Of a DNA stretch of 64,000 nucleotides, positions 1 through 11,204 are shown one piece after another (positions within the stretch are counted from its first letter, which is position 1; each line of letters starts with the position of its first letter). The translations under genes and the position numbers were made by a program. The notes under the pieces were generated by a model. That model ran no database searches, was not told where the DNA came from, and worked only from the letters and a program-made list of their open reading frames with translations. The DNA is from Candidatus Latescibacterota bacterium. Its GTDB lineage: Bacteria > Latescibacterota > UBA2968 > UBA8231. The stretch lies in contig OZ242318.1 in NCBI GenBank assembly GCA_965208105.1, positions 2,880,001 through 2,944,000 of the forward strand, given 5' to 3'.

Positions 1-1489
1 AACCCTTGGGATCTTCTACGGCGAAGAGACGATCATAGAGGCGCACTTCGGCCTTGAGGGCATGGGGAGCCGAAACCCAGTGGATCGTTCCCCTGACCTT
101 GCGGCCGTCCGGAGAGGAACCGCCGCGGGTCTCCGGGTCATAGGTGCAGCGCAGCTCGGAAACTTCGCCCGTTCTGCCGTCTTTCACCACATCCACGCAG
201 GTAATGTAGTAACCGTATCTGAGGCGCACCTCGCGGCCGGGTGCAAGACGGTGGAACCTTTTTGGCGGATCCTCGCGGAAGTCGTCCCGCTCGATGTAGA
301 TTTCCCGCGAGAATGGAACCTGGCGCGTACCCGCGCTCTCGTCTTCGGGGTTATTCACCGCTTCCAGGTGCTCCACCCGGCCTTCCGGGTAGTTGACCAC
401 AATGACCTTGAGAGGACGCAGAACCCCCATGACTCTTTGAGCTGTCTCGTTGAGCCCGGTGCGCACGATATGTTCAAAAAGGGCTATATCGACCAGGTTT
501 TCCCGCTTTGCGACGCCGATCTCCCTGACGAATCTGCGGATCGCCGCGGGAGTGTAGCCGCGCCGGCGCATACCCGACAGCGTCGGCATGCGCGGATCAT
601 CCCAGCCGCTGACATGGCCATCCTCAACAAGCGGCTTCAAAAAACGCTTGCTCAAAATGGTGTAGCTCAGGTTCAGGCGGGCGAATTCGTACTGCCTGGG
701 CGGATCCTCGATTTCCAATTCGCGCAGGATCCAGTCGTAGAGTACTCGATTGTTTTCAAACCCGGTGTCGCAGAGGGAGTGGGTAACTCCTTCAATGGCA
801 TCGGCCAAACACTCGACAAAGTCGTACATCGGGTAGATGCACCACGAATCGCCTGCCCGGAAATGAACCTGATGGCGTATGCGGTAGAGGGTGGGGTCGC
901 GCATCAGGAGATTGGGCGCTGCCATGTCGATCTTGGCGCGCAGGACGTGCGCTCCGTCCTCGAAATCTCCGGCGCGCATGCGCTCGAACAGATTGAGATT
1001 TTCTTCGATTGAACGGCTGCGGAAAGGACTGTCCTTACCTGGTTCGGTCAAGGTGCCCCGGAATTCCCTGATCTCCTCGCTGCTGAGGCTGTCTACGTAG
1101 GCCTTGCCTTTTTCAATCAGCTTTACCGCATACCGGTAGAGCCGCTCGAAGTAATCCGAGACGAAAAATTCGCGGTCGCCCCAATCGAAGCCCATCCACC
1201 TGACGTCTCTTTTGATGGCTTTGACATATTCAATGTCTTCGTCCTTGGGATCGGTGTCCTCGAAGCGCAGATTGCACTTGCCGCCGAATTCCTCGGCAAT
1301 ACTGAAGTTGAGGGAAAATGCCTTGGCGTGGCCAATATGCAGGTAGCCGTTGGGTTCCGGGGGAAAGCGGGTGGCGATGCGGCCTCCATGCTTGTTATCT
1401 TCGATATCGGCGGAAACGATTGCGCGAATGAAGTCGGGAGCATGTACCGAGTTCTTCTCCCCCTTCTTTTCACTGTCTTGCAAGACCAT
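1..1489 (-). CDS. glnS: Glutaminyl-tRNA synthetase-like protein (3' end outside window)
   Basis: Translated by hand from ATG 1489 (not in ORF track): MVLQDSEKK...[64 protein letters not shown]. Confidence 0.9.
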   Translation of the reverse strand, partial: MVLQDSEKKGEKNSVHAPDFIRAIVSADIEDNKHGGRIATRFPPEPNGYLHIGHAKAFSLNFSIAEEFGGKCNLRFEDTDPKDEDIEYVKAIKRDVRWMGFDWGDREFFVSDYFERLYRYAVKLIEKGKAYVDSLSSEEIREFRGTLTEPGKDSPFRSRSIEENLNLFERMRAGDFEDGAHVLRAKIDMAAPNLLMRDPTLYRIRHQVHFRAGDSWCIYPMYDFVECLADAIEGVTHSLCDTGFENNRVLYDWILRELEIEDPPRQYEFARLNLSYTILSKRFLKPLVEDGHVSGWDDPRMPTLSGMRRRGYTPAAIRRFVREIGVAKRENLVDIALFEHIVRTGLNETAQRVMGVLRPLKVIVVNYPEGRVEHLEAVNNPEDESAGTRQVPFSREIYIERDDFREDPPKRFHRLAPGREVRLRYGYYITCVDVVKDGRTGEVSELRCTYDPETRGGSSPDGRKVRGTIHWVSAPHALKAEVRLYDRLFAVEDPKG

Positions 1490-1682
1490 ATATGCCTTCT
1501 TGCGTTTGATTCGGTGCAAAAATCATGGCCGGGCACGGAAACGGACTCGGTAAGTTAAAGGATTTAACCCAGCTTCGCCACGTGAACGTTGAGACAGGGT
1601 TCATTCCTCTGTTGCACCTGCGCGCCACTTTTCTGAATATTGGCTCTAGCGGGCACCACTTCTAACCAGGAACGGATCGGGA

Positions 1683-2909
1683 ATGGCACAAATCAACGAG
1701 AACTACCTCAAGCTCCAAGCCGGCTATCTCTTCCCCGAAATCGAACGCCGAGTCGACGTCTTTGCCGAGGCCAACCCCTCGGCCCGGATTATCCGCCTCG
1801 GGATCGGCGACGTGGTCCGGGGGATCCCCCGGCCTATCGTCGACGCCATCAAGGAGGCGGCTGAAGAATTGGCCCACGACGAGAGCCTCCAGGGATATCC
1901 TCCGAACCAGGGATACGATTTCCTGCGCACCGCCATAGTCGAACACGACTTCGCGGCGCGCCAAATCGAGGTCGGCGCCGATGAAATTTTCATCTCCGAC
2001 GGCTCTAAATGCGACTCGGCAAATATCCAGGAAATCTTCGGCACCGAAAACGTGGTTGCCCTCACCGATCCCGTTTACCCGGTATACTGCGACAGCAACG
2101 TCATGGCGGGCCGCACCGGCGCATGTGCCGAGAGCGGCCGCTACGAGGGCCTTGTCTATCTTCCTTGTACAGCGGGAAACGGCTTCATGCCGCCTTTGCC
2201 GGATAGGCACGTGGATCTCATCTACCTGTGCGCACCCAACAACCCCACCGGCGCGGTGATGACCCGCGAAGCCTTGAGCGAATGGGTGAACTATGCCAGG
2301 GAGGAAAAGGCCGTTATTCTCTTCGACGCTGCCTACGAGGGGTATATCACCGACCCCGAGATCCCCCATTCCATCTACGAGGTGGAGGGAGCGCGGCAGG
2401 TCGCCATCGAATTCCGCAGCTTTTCCAAGAATGCCGGCTTCACCGGGGTCCGCTGCGCTTTCACCGTGGTTCCCCGAGAGCTCAAGTGCTATACCGCCAG
2501 CGGAGAAGCAGTGGACCTGCACGGCGTCTGGCACAGGCGCCACTCCACCAAGTTCAACGGAGTCGCTTATCCGGTGCAGCGCGGCGCCGCAGCCGCATAT
2601 TCCCATCAAGGGCGCAGAGCCATAAACGAGCTCATCGAGTTCTACCTTGGCAATGCCGCCTATATGCGCGAGAGACTGTCGGCCAGCGGCATCACCTTGT
2701 TCGGCGGGGTCAATGCCCCCTATCTCTGGCTCAAAACCCCTACGGGTCAGACCAGCTGGTCCTTCTTCGACGATTTACTGGAAAAAGCACATGTTGTCGG
2801 CACACCTGGCTCCGGCTTCGGGTCGGCGGGAGAAGGCTACTTCCGTCTCTCGGCATTCAACCACCGCGGCCAGATCGAAGAGGCCATGGACCGCATCGCG
2901 AAAATCTGA
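1683..2909 (+). CDS. dapL: LL-diaminopimelate aminotransferase
   Basis: [53 protein letters not shown] motifs. Confidence 0.95.
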   Translation: MAQINENYLKLQAGYLFPEIERRVDVFAEANPSARIIRLGIGDVVRGIPRPIVDAIKEAAEELAHDESLQGYPPNQGYDFLRTAIVEHDFAARQIEVGADEIFISDGSKCDSANIQEIFGTENVVALTDPVYPVYCDSNVMAGRTGACAESGRYEGLVYLPCTAGNGFMPPLPDRHVDLIYLCAPNNPTGAVMTREALSEWVNYAREEKAVILFDAAYEGYITDPEIPHSIYEVEGARQVAIEFRSFSKNAGFTGVRCAFTVVPRELKCYTASGEAVDLHGVWHRRHSTKFNGVAYPVQRGAAAAYSHQGRRAINELIEFYLGNAAYMRERLSASGITLFGGVNAPYLWLKTPTGQTSWSFFDDLLEKAHVVGTPGSGFGSAGEGYFRLSAFNHRGQIEEAMDRIAKI

Positions 2910-2952
2910 TCAGGCCGATCAAGCCCCAGCAGAGAGCATGATTCCAAAGGAG

Positions 2953-2981
2953 TTGACAAATTAATAATTATTGGATAGCTT
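2953..2981 (+). promoter_or_regulatory. Sigma70-like promoter for the RHH-nadA operon
   Basis: TTGACA (2953-2958), 17 bp, TAGCTT (2976-2981), inside a very AT-rich stretch (about 2950-3030). Confidence 0.6.
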
Positions 2982-3040
2982 ATATACATAGCATATTTAA
3001 ATATTAAACATATTTTATATAAACTTCAAAGAAAGATCTT

Positions 3041-3259
3041 GTGGCGCCTACAAAATCAAAAAAAGGTGTTCGCGCCAAAGTTCGCACCTTTTCGGCTACG
3101 GAAAGAGATCAGGAGATGCTGGATGCCATTGCGCGCTATCACGGCACCAGCAAGAGCGCCATGCTCACCGGGCTCGTGCGCAAAGAGTTCTGGCGAATCT
3201 TCCCGAATGGCACGGAGACCGTACCTCCTGACCAAGGAGTTAGAATGAGCGATGAGTGA
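3041..3259 (+). CDS. Small ribbon-helix-helix (CopG-like) DNA-binding protein
   Basis: 72 aa, beta-strand KVRTFSA then two helices (DQEMLDAIARYHG-TSKSAMLTGLVRKEF); overlaps nadA start. Confidence 0.7.
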   Translation: MAPTKSKKGVRAKVRTFSATERDQEMLDAIARYHGTSKSAMLTGLVRKEFWRIFPNGTETVPPDQGVRMSDE

Positions 3260-4244
3260 GATTCAGACCCCCGCCAGGATGGCCCTTCCTTCCTACCATC
3301 ACTACGACCTTCCCCGGGAAGAACTGGCCCATCGGATAGAACACCTGCGCCGGGAAAAGAACGCGGTCATTCTTGCCCACAACTACCAGGTCCCCGAGAT
3401 TCAGGACATTGCCGATTTCACCGGCGATTCCCTCGGGCTCTCACTCGAGGCTGCCCGCACCGACGCAGAAATCATTGTCTTTTGCGGCGTTCACTTCATG
3501 GCCGAGTCGGCCAAGATTCTCAACCCGGAGAAGAAGGTCTTTCTGCCGCATCTGGGTGCGGGCTGTGCCCTGGCCGACGCGATAACTCCCGAGAGTCTGG
3601 ACGACTGGAAGGAAATGTACCCCGGCCATACGGTGGTGACCTACATCAACTCCTCTGCCGAGGTCAAGGCCGAGTCCTACATTTGCTGTACTTCGGCCAA
3701 CGCGGTCTCCGTTGTCCGCAGCCTGGACGGCGACAAGATTCTCTTCACTCCGGACCGCAATCTCGGCCGCTGGGTCGCCGCTCAGGTAGAGGAAAAAAAG
3801 GTGGCAATATACGATGGAGTCTGCCCCACGCACGACGTCTTGCGCAACGCCAGCGTGGAGCGCACCCGCGAAGAGTATCCTCACGCGGTAGTCATTGCTC
3901 ACCCCGAGTGTCGCCAGGACGTGGTGGAGGCTGCTCACGAGGTCTGTTCTACGACCGGAATGCTGAAGGCGATAGAAAAGTATCCACAGGTAGAGACCTT
4001 TATCATTGCGACCGAGAACGGGATCATTCACCAGATGAAGAAACGCTTCCCCGGCAAGGAATTCGTGCCGGCCGACGGCTGCATCGGCTGTCGACTCCAC
4101 TGTCCCTACATGAAGGTGACAAGCTTGCAGGATGTCTACCATTCCTTGAACGATGAACAATTCGAAATCACTCTGGATGACGAGGTGATTGCCGGAGCTC
4201 GCTTGGCCCTGGAGCGAATGATGGCCGTCCCTCGAGACAATTGA
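3252..4244 (+). CDS. nadA: Quinolinate synthase A
   Basis: ILAHNYQ, GDSL, FCGVHFMAE, GC.LA, TYINSS, CCTS, PDRNLG, AHPEC, CPYMK. Confidence 0.96.
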   Translation: MSEIQTPARMALPSYHHYDLPREELAHRIEHLRREKNAVILAHNYQVPEIQDIADFTGDSLGLSLEAARTDAEIIVFCGVHFMAESAKILNPEKKVFLPHLGAGCALADAITPESLDDWKEMYPGHTVVTYINSSAEVKAESYICCTSANAVSVVRSLDGDKILFTPDRNLGRWVAAQVEEKKVAIYDGVCPTHDVLRNASVERTREEYPHAVVIAHPECRQDVVEAAHEVCSTTGMLKAIEKYPQVETFIIATENGIIHQMKKRFPGKEFVPADGCIGCRLHCPYMKVTSLQDVYHSLNDEQFEITLDDEVIAGARLALERMMAVPRDN

Positions 4245-4264
4245 TGTAGTCGCTGCTCGGCAAG

Positions 4265-4304
4265 AAAGTCCGCCTGGAAGTTTCGCTGTTCCGGGCGGAC
4301 TTTT
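4265..4304 (+). terminator. Rho-independent terminator after nadA
   Basis: AAAGTCCGCCTGGAA...TTCCGGGCGGACTTTT hairpin with U-tract. Confidence 0.75.
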
Positions 4305-4377
4305 GTTCGCTGGCCCCGCGGTGAATCCCTGGCTGCCAGCACCGAATGCGCCTTCCCACCACTTGTGAAGGGAAATT

Positions 4378-6201
4378 ATGCTGAAATCATGTTTTCGGGT
4401 TGCTGTCCTTTCAGTTGCCCTGGCCGGCAGCACTCATGCGGACAAGGCCGCCTACCGCAGCCATGCTCTGTCCATGTTCGACGACGTCAAATACGGAGCC
4501 GGCTTTGAACACTTCGACTACGTCAATCCCAACGCCCCAAAAGGCGGAGAGCTGCGCCTGGCCACAGTAGGCACCTTCGACAGCCTCAATCCTTTTACCC
4601 TGAAGGGAGTGGCCGCAGCCGGAACCTTGCTCATATACAACAGGCTTCTCACCAAGTCGCTGGATGAGCCTTTTACCGAGTACGGCCAGCTGGCCGAAAG
4701 CATCGAGTGTCCCGACGATCGGTCCTGGGTGATCTTTACCCTTCGCCGCGAGGCGCGCTGGCACGACGGCAAATCCGTTACCCCTGAGGATGTAATCTTT
4801 TCATTCGAAACTCTGACCACCAGGGGGCTGCCCTTCTTCCGCACCTTCTACGCCGATGTGACCGCGGTCGAGAAGATCGGCAACCACCAGGTAAAGTTCT
4901 CCTTCAGAAGCGGGACCAACCGCGAGTTGCCCTTGATCATCGGGCAGATGCGGGTGCTGCCCAAACACTACTGGGAAAACCGCGACTTCGGCGAGACCAC
5001 CTTGGAGCCTCCCCTTGGAAGTGGTCCCTACAGGATCGAGGCGGTAGACCCGGGCCGGTCCATCACCTACAGGCGGGTGGACGGAAACTGGGACCAGGAT
5101 ATGGCGGTGCAGTCGGGACAAAACAATTTCGATCTCATCCGCTATGACTACTACCGCGACGACACCGTTGCCATCGAGGCACTGAAGGCGGGTGAATATG
5201 ACTTCCGCGTAGTGGGCAACGCCACGGAGTGGTCCACCGCCTACAATTTTCCCCCGGTGGACGCGGGCTGGCTGGTGAAGGAAATGATCCCCCACGAGGT
5301 TATCAGGGGGATGCAGGGCTTCTGTTTCAATACCCGGCGGAGCAAATTCGCCGATCCGAAAGTCCGGCAGGCCCTGGCCTACGCGTTCGACTTTGAATGG
5401 ACCAATGCCCGGTTGCTCCACGAATTCTTTGTGCGCAGCAAGAGCTACTGGAACAACTCCGAACTGGCCTCTTCAGGATTTCCGGAGGGATTGGAACTGG
5501 AAATTCTCGAGGGATACAGAGGCCGAATCCCCGACGAAATCTTTACCTCCGCCTTCATTCCCCCGGCGACCGATGGATCGGGTGATATCCGCGGCAACCT
5601 GCGCAAGGCGCAGCGCCTGCTGGCTGCAGCCGGATGGAGGGTGGCGGACAACAAGCTCACCCAAACCGCAACCGGGGCGGTGATGACCATCGAATTCCTG
5701 TTGGTCTCGCCTGTTTACGAGCGCATCATAGGCCCCCTGCAGAAAAACCTGGAACGGCTGGGCATCGAGTCTCGCCTGCGCACCGTGGACTCGTCCCAGT
5801 ACCAGAACAGGTTGCAGGAATTCGACTACGATGTGATCGTGGCCAGCTGGCGCCAGACCCTGAGCCCGGGCAACGAGCAGCGCAATTTCTGGAGTTCGGA
5901 GACGGCCGAATTCAACGGGAGCAGAAACTATGCCGGAATCGCGGACGAGGTAGTGGATGAATTGGTGGAACGCGTCATAGCGGCGGAGAGCCGGCAGGTG
6001 CAGGTGGCACTGACGCGTGCGCTAGACCGCGTGTTGCTGTGGGGGCACTACGTGATTCCGGGATGGTACAGCCGCGACTATCGCCTGGTCTATTGGGACA
6101 AATTCGGGAAGCCCGCGGAACCCCCAAAGAACGGACTGGGATTCCCCCGTACCTGGTGGTACGACGCCGACCGGGCTGCCGAACTGCGGCAGCAGAGGTA
6201 G
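4378..6201 (+). CDS. yejA: Peptide ABC transporter substrate-binding protein, YejA-like
   Basis: Signal peptide, HFDYVNPNAPKGG, FDSLNPF, PLGSGPY, SPGNEQRNFW. Confidence 0.88.
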   Translation: MLKSCFRVAVLSVALAGSTHADKAAYRSHALSMFDDVKYGAGFEHFDYVNPNAPKGGELRLATVGTFDSLNPFTLKGVAAAGTLLIYNRLLTKSLDEPFTEYGQLAESIECPDDRSWVIFTLRREARWHDGKSVTPEDVIFSFETLTTRGLPFFRTFYADVTAVEKIGNHQVKFSFRSGTNRELPLIIGQMRVLPKHYWENRDFGETTLEPPLGSGPYRIEAVDPGRSITYRRVDGNWDQDMAVQSGQNNFDLIRYDYYRDDTVAIEALKAGEYDFRVVGNATEWSTAYNFPPVDAGWLVKEMIPHEVIRGMQGFCFNTRRSKFADPKVRQALAYAFDFEWTNARLLHEFFVRSKSYWNNSELASSGFPEGLELEILEGYRGRIPDEIFTSAFIPPATDGSGDIRGNLRKAQRLLAAAGWRVADNKLTQTATGAVMTIEFLLVSPVYERIIGPLQKNLERLGIESRLRTVDSSQYQNRLQEFDYDVIVASWRQTLSPGNEQRNFWSSETAEFNGSRNYAGIADEVVDELVERVIAAESRQVQVALTRALDRVLLWGHYVIPGWYSRDYRLVYWDKFGKPAEPPKNGLGFPRTWWYDADRAAELRQQR

Positions 6202-6222
6202 GAAAGCACAGAAACCCCGCCA

Positions 6223-7329
6223 ATGCTCGCCTACATAGTACGCCGCCTGCTGCTCATGGTCCCGACCCTGTTCGGGATTATGCTCATCAATTTCGTCATC
6301 GTCCAGGTCGCCCCGGGCGGGCCGGTGGAACGCATGATCGCCTCGATCCAGGGCCACTCCACGGATGCCACAGTCCGCGTCAGTGGTGGCGGAGAAATGG
6401 AGGATTTGGACCTTACCCGGTGGTCCGGAAGCCATCCTGTCTCCAGCAAGTACCGGGGCGCTCAGGGCATAGACCCCGATCTCATCCTCGAACTCGAGCG
6501 CATGTACGGTTTCGACAAACCTCCCCATACCCGGTTCCTGCAAATGCTGGACAGCTATTTGCGTTTCGACTTCGGGAACAGCTTCTACCGCGACCGGAGC
6601 GTTGTCGATCTGGTCCGCGACAAAATGCCCGTATCGATCTCCCTGGGACTCTGGAGTACCCTTTTCATCTACTGCATATCCATCCCCCTGGGCATTGCCA
6701 AGGCCGTGCGCGACGGCTCGCGTTTCGACGTGTGGTCCTCCGGTGCGGTTATTGTCGGCAATGCCGTCCCCGGGTTCCTTTTCGCCGTCCTGCTCATAGT
6801 GGTCTTTGCCGGGGGACACTACCTGGACTGGTTCCCACTGCGCGGACTGACCTCGCCAAACTGGCAGGAACTGAGTCTCTTCGGCAAAATTGTCGACTAC
6901 TTCTGGCACCTCGTCCTGCCTGTTGCGGCTCTGGTCATCGGCGGATTTGCCGGTCTCACTCTTCTGACCAAGAACTCCTTCCTCGACGAGATCAACAAGC
7001 AGTACGTGACCACGGCCTACGCAAAGGGGCTGAGCGACCGCCGCGTGCTCTACGGCCATGTCTTCCGCAATGCCATGATCATCGTCATCGCCGACTTTCC
7101 CCGCGCCTTCGTGCACATTTTCTTCACCGGATCTTTGCTTACCGAGATAATCTTCTCCCTCGACGGCCTTGGTCTTCTGGGGTACGAAGCAGCCATCGGC
7201 CGCGATTACCCGGTTATGTTCGCCACGCTTTACTTCTTCACCCTTCTGGGTCTCGTGGTACAGCTGATTGGCGACCTGACCTATACTCTCGTCGACCGGC
7301 GCATCGACTTCGAAAGCCGGGAAGTATGA
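6223..7329 (+). CDS. yejB: Peptide ABC transporter permease, YejB-like
   Basis: [40 protein letters not shown]. Confidence 0.9.
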   Translation: MLAYIVRRLLLMVPTLFGIMLINFVIVQVAPGGPVERMIASIQGHSTDATVRVSGGGEMEDLDLTRWSGSHPVSSKYRGAQGIDPDLILELERMYGFDKPPHTRFLQMLDSYLRFDFGNSFYRDRSVVDLVRDKMPVSISLGLWSTLFIYCISIPLGIAKAVRDGSRFDVWSSGAVIVGNAVPGFLFAVLLIVVFAGGHYLDWFPLRGLTSPNWQELSLFGKIVDYFWHLVLPVAALVIGGFAGLTLLTKNSFLDEINKQYVTTAYAKGLSDRRVLYGHVFRNAMIIVIADFPRAFVHIFFTGSLLTEIIFSLDGLGLLGYEAAIGRDYPVMFATLYFFTLLGLVVQLIGDLTYTLVDRRIDFESREV

Positions 7330-7330
7330 A

Positions 7331-8422
7331 ATGAGCAATGCCAGGAACGACCTTCCGCCATCCGCAGACGGCCGCTTTCTCGGTTTTGGCATCTCGCGTC
7401 TCAATTACCGCCGGCTGTCGAACTTCAAGAGCAACCGGCGCGGTTACTGGAGCCTCTGGATATTTCTGGTACTCTTCGGACTCAGCCTGCCGGCCGAATT
7501 CATCGCCAACGACAAACCTATCCTGGTCCGCTACGGAGGCGAGTTCTATTTCCCGGTGTTTTCGGTATATCCCGAGAGCACCTTCGGCGGAGATTTCGAG
7601 ACCGAGGCCGAATACCGCGATGCCTTTGTCATGGAGCTGATCGAAGCACAGGGCTGGATGCTGTGGCCTCCCATCCGCTATGCATACAGAACCATCAACT
7701 ACGATCTGGAGATGCCCGCTCCGGCGCCGCCATCGAGGGAGAACTGGCTGGGCACGGACGACCAGGCTCGAGACGTGGTTGCACGCCTGATCTACGGGTT
7801 CAGGATCTCGGTGCTCTTCGGGCTGGTCCTGACCCTGTTCAGTTCGATCATCGGAATCGCCGCCGGCGCCGTTCAGGGTTACTTCGGCGGCTGGCTCGAT
7901 CTATTTCTGCAGCGGTTTACCGAGATATGGTCCGGCCTGCCGACTCTCTACTTGCTGATTATTCTGGCGAGCGTGGTGGAACCCAGCTTCTTGTGGCTCC
8001 TGGGCCTTATGCTGCTCTTCAGCTGGATGAACCTCGTAGGTTTGGTGCGGGCCGAATTTCTGCGCGCACGCAACTTCGAATTCGTGCGCGCCGCCCGAGC
8101 CCTGGGGGTGGCCGACGCCAAGATCATCATGCGTCACGTTCTTCCCAACGCCATGGTCTCCACATTGACCTTTTTACCCTTCATCCTCACGGGATCTGTC
8201 ACCGTGCTTACATCCCTGGACTTTCTGGGCTTTGGCCTTCCTCCCGGCTCTCCTTCCCTGGGGGAACTTCTCAACCAGGGCAAGCGCAACCTGCAGGCAC
8301 CGTGGCTCGGCCTGACGGCGTTTTTCGTGATATCCGTCATGCTCTCCCTGCTGGTCTTCATCGGAGAAGCCGTGCGCGACGCCTTTGACCCGCGCAGGAG
8401 CCTGGCGCCGGAGGAGGTGTGA
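7331..8422 (+). CDS. yejE: Peptide ABC transporter permease, YejE-like
   Basis: RRGYWSLWIF, WLGTDDQARDV.ARLIYGFRIS, GEAVRDAFDPR. Confidence 0.9.
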   Translation: MSNARNDLPPSADGRFLGFGISRLNYRRLSNFKSNRRGYWSLWIFLVLFGLSLPAEFIANDKPILVRYGGEFYFPVFSVYPESTFGGDFETEAEYRDAFVMELIEAQGWMLWPPIRYAYRTINYDLEMPAPAPPSRENWLGTDDQARDVVARLIYGFRISVLFGLVLTLFSSIIGIAAGAVQGYFGGWLDLFLQRFTEIWSGLPTLYLLIILASVVEPSFLWLLGLMLLFSWMNLVGLVRAEFLRARNFEFVRAARALGVADAKIIMRHVLPNAMVSTLTFLPFILTGSVTVLTSLDFLGFGLPPGSPSLGELLNQGKRNLQAPWLGLTAFFVISVMLSLLVFIGEAVRDAFDPRRSLAPEEV

Positions 8423-10029
8423 TGAGCCTGCTCGAACTCGACAATCTCGGAGTGACCTTTCACCTGGAGAGCGGCAACATAGCCGCCGTGAACAAAGCCT
8501 GCCTCCGGGTCGAACGGGGCGAAACCGTTGCCCTCGTGGGAGAATCAGGGTCGGGAAAGTCGGTGACGGCACTCTCGGTGCTTCAGCTTCTGCCCTACCC
8601 CCGGGCCTCGCATCCCCACGGACAAATCCGATTCGCCGGCGAGGACCTGCTCGGATTGCCCCGCAAACGGCTGCGCGAAATTCGCGGCGACCGCATCTCC
8701 ATGATCTTCCAGGAACCCATGACATCGCTCAACCCGCTGCACACCATCGAGAGACAGATCAGCGAGACGCTGATCCTGCACAAGGGCTTGACCCGCGGGC
8801 AAGCCAGGAGACGAAGCGTAGAGTTGCTTGACATGGTGCAGCTGCCCGGCGCCGCGGCCCGCCTCGACGCCTGGCCGCACCAGCTTTCGGGAGGACAGCG
8901 GCAGCGGGTTATGATCGCCATGGCCCTCGCCAACGAGCCCGATCTTCTCATCGCCGACGAACCCACCACCGCCCTGGACGTGACCGTTCAAGCGCAAATC
9001 CTTGCATTGTTGCGCGAACTTCAGCGCAAGTTGGGCATGGCTATTCTGCTGATCACCCATGACTTGAGCATGGTCCGCCACATGGCCGACCACGTGTCGG
9101 TCATGTGGTCCGGAGAAACGGTCGAATCCGGTCCCACCGAACGAATCTTCGATGCTCCGCAACACCCATACACGAAAAAGCTACTCTCCTCCGACCCACC
9201 GGATCCGCCCGCACCTGCCGACGAGGATGCGCCCGTGATCGCCAGGGCGAAAAACCTCAAAGTCTGGTTCCCGATCAAACGCGGAATCCTGCGCCGCACC
9301 TCGGGGCATGTCAAGGCAGTCGACGGAATCAGCATAAACCTGCGCGCCGGTCATACCATCGGCGTGGTGGGCGAGTCCGGGTCAGGCAAAACCACGCTGG
9401 GGCTGGCGCTTCTGCGGCTGGTCGCCAGCCATGGGCCCATCCATTTCAGGGGAGTGGAGACCCAGGGGTTGCGCGCCAGGGAGTTGCGGCCTCTGAGGAG
9501 GGATATGCAGATCGTTTTCCAGGACCCCTTCAGCTCTCTGAGCCCCAGGCTTTCGGCCTTCCAGGCCATAGAGGAAGGGCTTGTAGCACACCGAATGGGA
9601 GGCGGCTACGAGGAACGCCGACGCCTGGTGGCCGCCACCCTTGACGAGGTCGGGGTCGATCCGGGGACAATGGACCGTTTTCCGCACGAGTTCTCCGGAG
9701 GCCAGCGCCAGCGCATCGCGATCGCGCGCGCCATGGTGCTCAGGCCTCAATTCGTGGTGCTGGACGAACCAACCAGCGCACTGGACAGAACCACCCAGGC
9801 CGGGATCGTCGAACTATTGCGCGATCTGCAAAAACGCTATAATCTGGCCTATCTTTTCATCAGCCACGATCTGCGCATCGTACGCGCCATGGCAAGCGAA
9901 CTCATCGTGGTGAAAGACGGATTGGTGGTAGAAGAAGGAGCGGCCGAAAAAATCTTTTCCGCACCGCGGTCCAGGTACACGCGCGAATTGATGGCTGCCG
10001 CTTTTGGCCCGGGTCCGGCGACAGGTTGA
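8419..10029 (+). CDS. yejF: Peptide ABC transporter dual ATP-binding protein, YejF-like
   Basis: Two Walker A (GESGSGKS/T) and two signature motifs (LSGGQRQR, FSGGQRQR). Confidence 0.9.
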   Translation: MMSLLELDNLGVTFHLESGNIAAVNKACLRVERGETVALVGESGSGKSVTALSVLQLLPYPRASHPHGQIRFAGEDLLGLPRKRLREIRGDRISMIFQEPMTSLNPLHTIERQISETLILHKGLTRGQARRRSVELLDMVQLPGAAARLDAWPHQLSGGQRQRVMIAMALANEPDLLIADEPTTALDVTVQAQILALLRELQRKLGMAILLITHDLSMVRHMADHVSVMWSGETVESGPTERIFDAPQHPYTKKLLSSDPPDPPAPADEDAPVIARAKNLKVWFPIKRGILRRTSGHVKAVDGISINLRAGHTIGVVGESGSGKTTLGLALLRLVASHGPIHFRGVETQGLRARELRPLRRDMQIVFQDPFSSLSPRLSAFQAIEEGLVAHRMGGGYEERRRLVAATLDEVGVDPGTMDRFPHEFSGGQRQRIAIARAMVLRPQFVVLDEPTSALDRTTQAGIVELLRDLQKRYNLAYLFISHDLRIVRAMASELIVVKDGLVVEEGAAEKIFSAPRSRYTRELMAAAFGPGPATG

Positions 10030-10165
10030 CCTGAATGTATTCTTCTTTCCCGATGCCTTCCCGCCCGAATCCGGGTTCCCAGCCGGGGAGACCGGGTCTC
10101 CGCTCCCCCGGTCTGGAGCAGGGGAATACATCGTGAATGAATTTTGAGGATTGGAGAAAAGCACG

Positions 10166-11104
10166 ATGCCACAGCGTATGGTCTATATGAATGGAGCCTT
10201 CGTCCCCGAGTTGGAAGCGCGGATTTCGCTCTTCGACAGCGCCTTCATGTACGGCGACATGGTGTTTGAGTTGACCCGTTCCTTCAAGCAAAAGCCCTAC
10301 CGCCTGCGCGACCACATGGAGCGGCTGTACGGCTCACTGCGATACGCCGAAATCGACTGCGGCTTCGGTATTGCGGAGATGGAGGAGATCACCCGGGAAA
10401 CCGTAGCGCACAACCTGCCCGCCCTTGAAGGATTGGAATTCCATATATTGCACAACGTGAGCCGCGGCGGCATGCCAATTTACGAGGAACTCATCAAAGA
10501 GAGGAGCAGACCGACCGTCATTATCCACACCTATCCGATCATTCGCACCCTCGGCAACATGGCCAAACGCTACAATCGCGGTGCCCACTTCGTGGTCACT
10601 CCGCAGCAGTCCGTGCCTTCGCGCTACATCGATCCCAAGGCCAAAAACCGCAGTCGCATCTACTACAAGATTGCTGACCTCCAGGCCTCGCGCATGGGAG
10701 AGGATGCAAACGCCCTGCTGACGGACGAACGCGGCTTTATTACGGAAGGCACCGGCAACAACATCTTCGTCGTCCACGAAGGCCGGATCTCGACCCCCAG
10801 ACCCCACAACATTCTCCGGGGCGTGGGCCGCCACTGCTGCATGGAACTTGCCGACAAGCTTGGGATGCCCGTTCGCGAGACGGATATCGAACCCTATGAC
10901 CTGCGCACCGCCGACGAAGCATGGTATACGAGCACCACGATCTGCATGATTCCCATCACCCGGTTTAACTTCCAGACCATCGGAGATGGCAAACCGGGTC
11001 CAGTTTACCGGAAGATCCTAAACGCCTGGTGCGCGGAGGTGGGTGTGGACATTCCCGCCCAGGCGCGAGAGTACGCCGGATTGGTCGAAACCTGGCACCC
11101 CTGA
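10166..11104 (+). CDS. Aminotransferase class IV (branched-chain/D-amino-acid type)
   Basis: ARISLFDSAFMYGD.VFE, ITEGTGNNIF, ILRGV, ADEAW; start placed at ATG 10166. Confidence 0.85.
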   Translation: MPQRMVYMNGAFVPELEARISLFDSAFMYGDMVFELTRSFKQKPYRLRDHMERLYGSLRYAEIDCGFGIAEMEEITRETVAHNLPALEGLEFHILHNVSRGGMPIYEELIKERSRPTVIIHTYPIIRTLGNMAKRYNRGAHFVVTPQQSVPSRYIDPKAKNRSRIYYKIADLQASRMGEDANALLTDERGFITEGTGNNIFVVHEGRISTPRPHNILRGVGRHCCMELADKLGMPVRETDIEPYDLRTADEAWYTSTTICMIPITRFNFQTIGDGKPGPVYRKILNAWCAEVGVDIPAQAREYAGLVETWHP

Positions 11105-11204
11105 TCGGTTGGTGCCGATTTGTAAGGAGGACCGCCGCCCGCACACCTGAATATCTCGAAGCTCCGTGCCGGTTCCAGCGAAAAATTTCCGCCCCCGGCG
11201 CTGG

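Noticed and set aside
62-1012. 316-aa plus-strand ORF
   Set aside because: Antisense shadow of glnS with no recognisable motifs.
6022-7404. 460-aa minus ORF and 431-aa alternate-frame plus ORF
   Set aside because: Shadows of yejB, common in GC-rich DNA.
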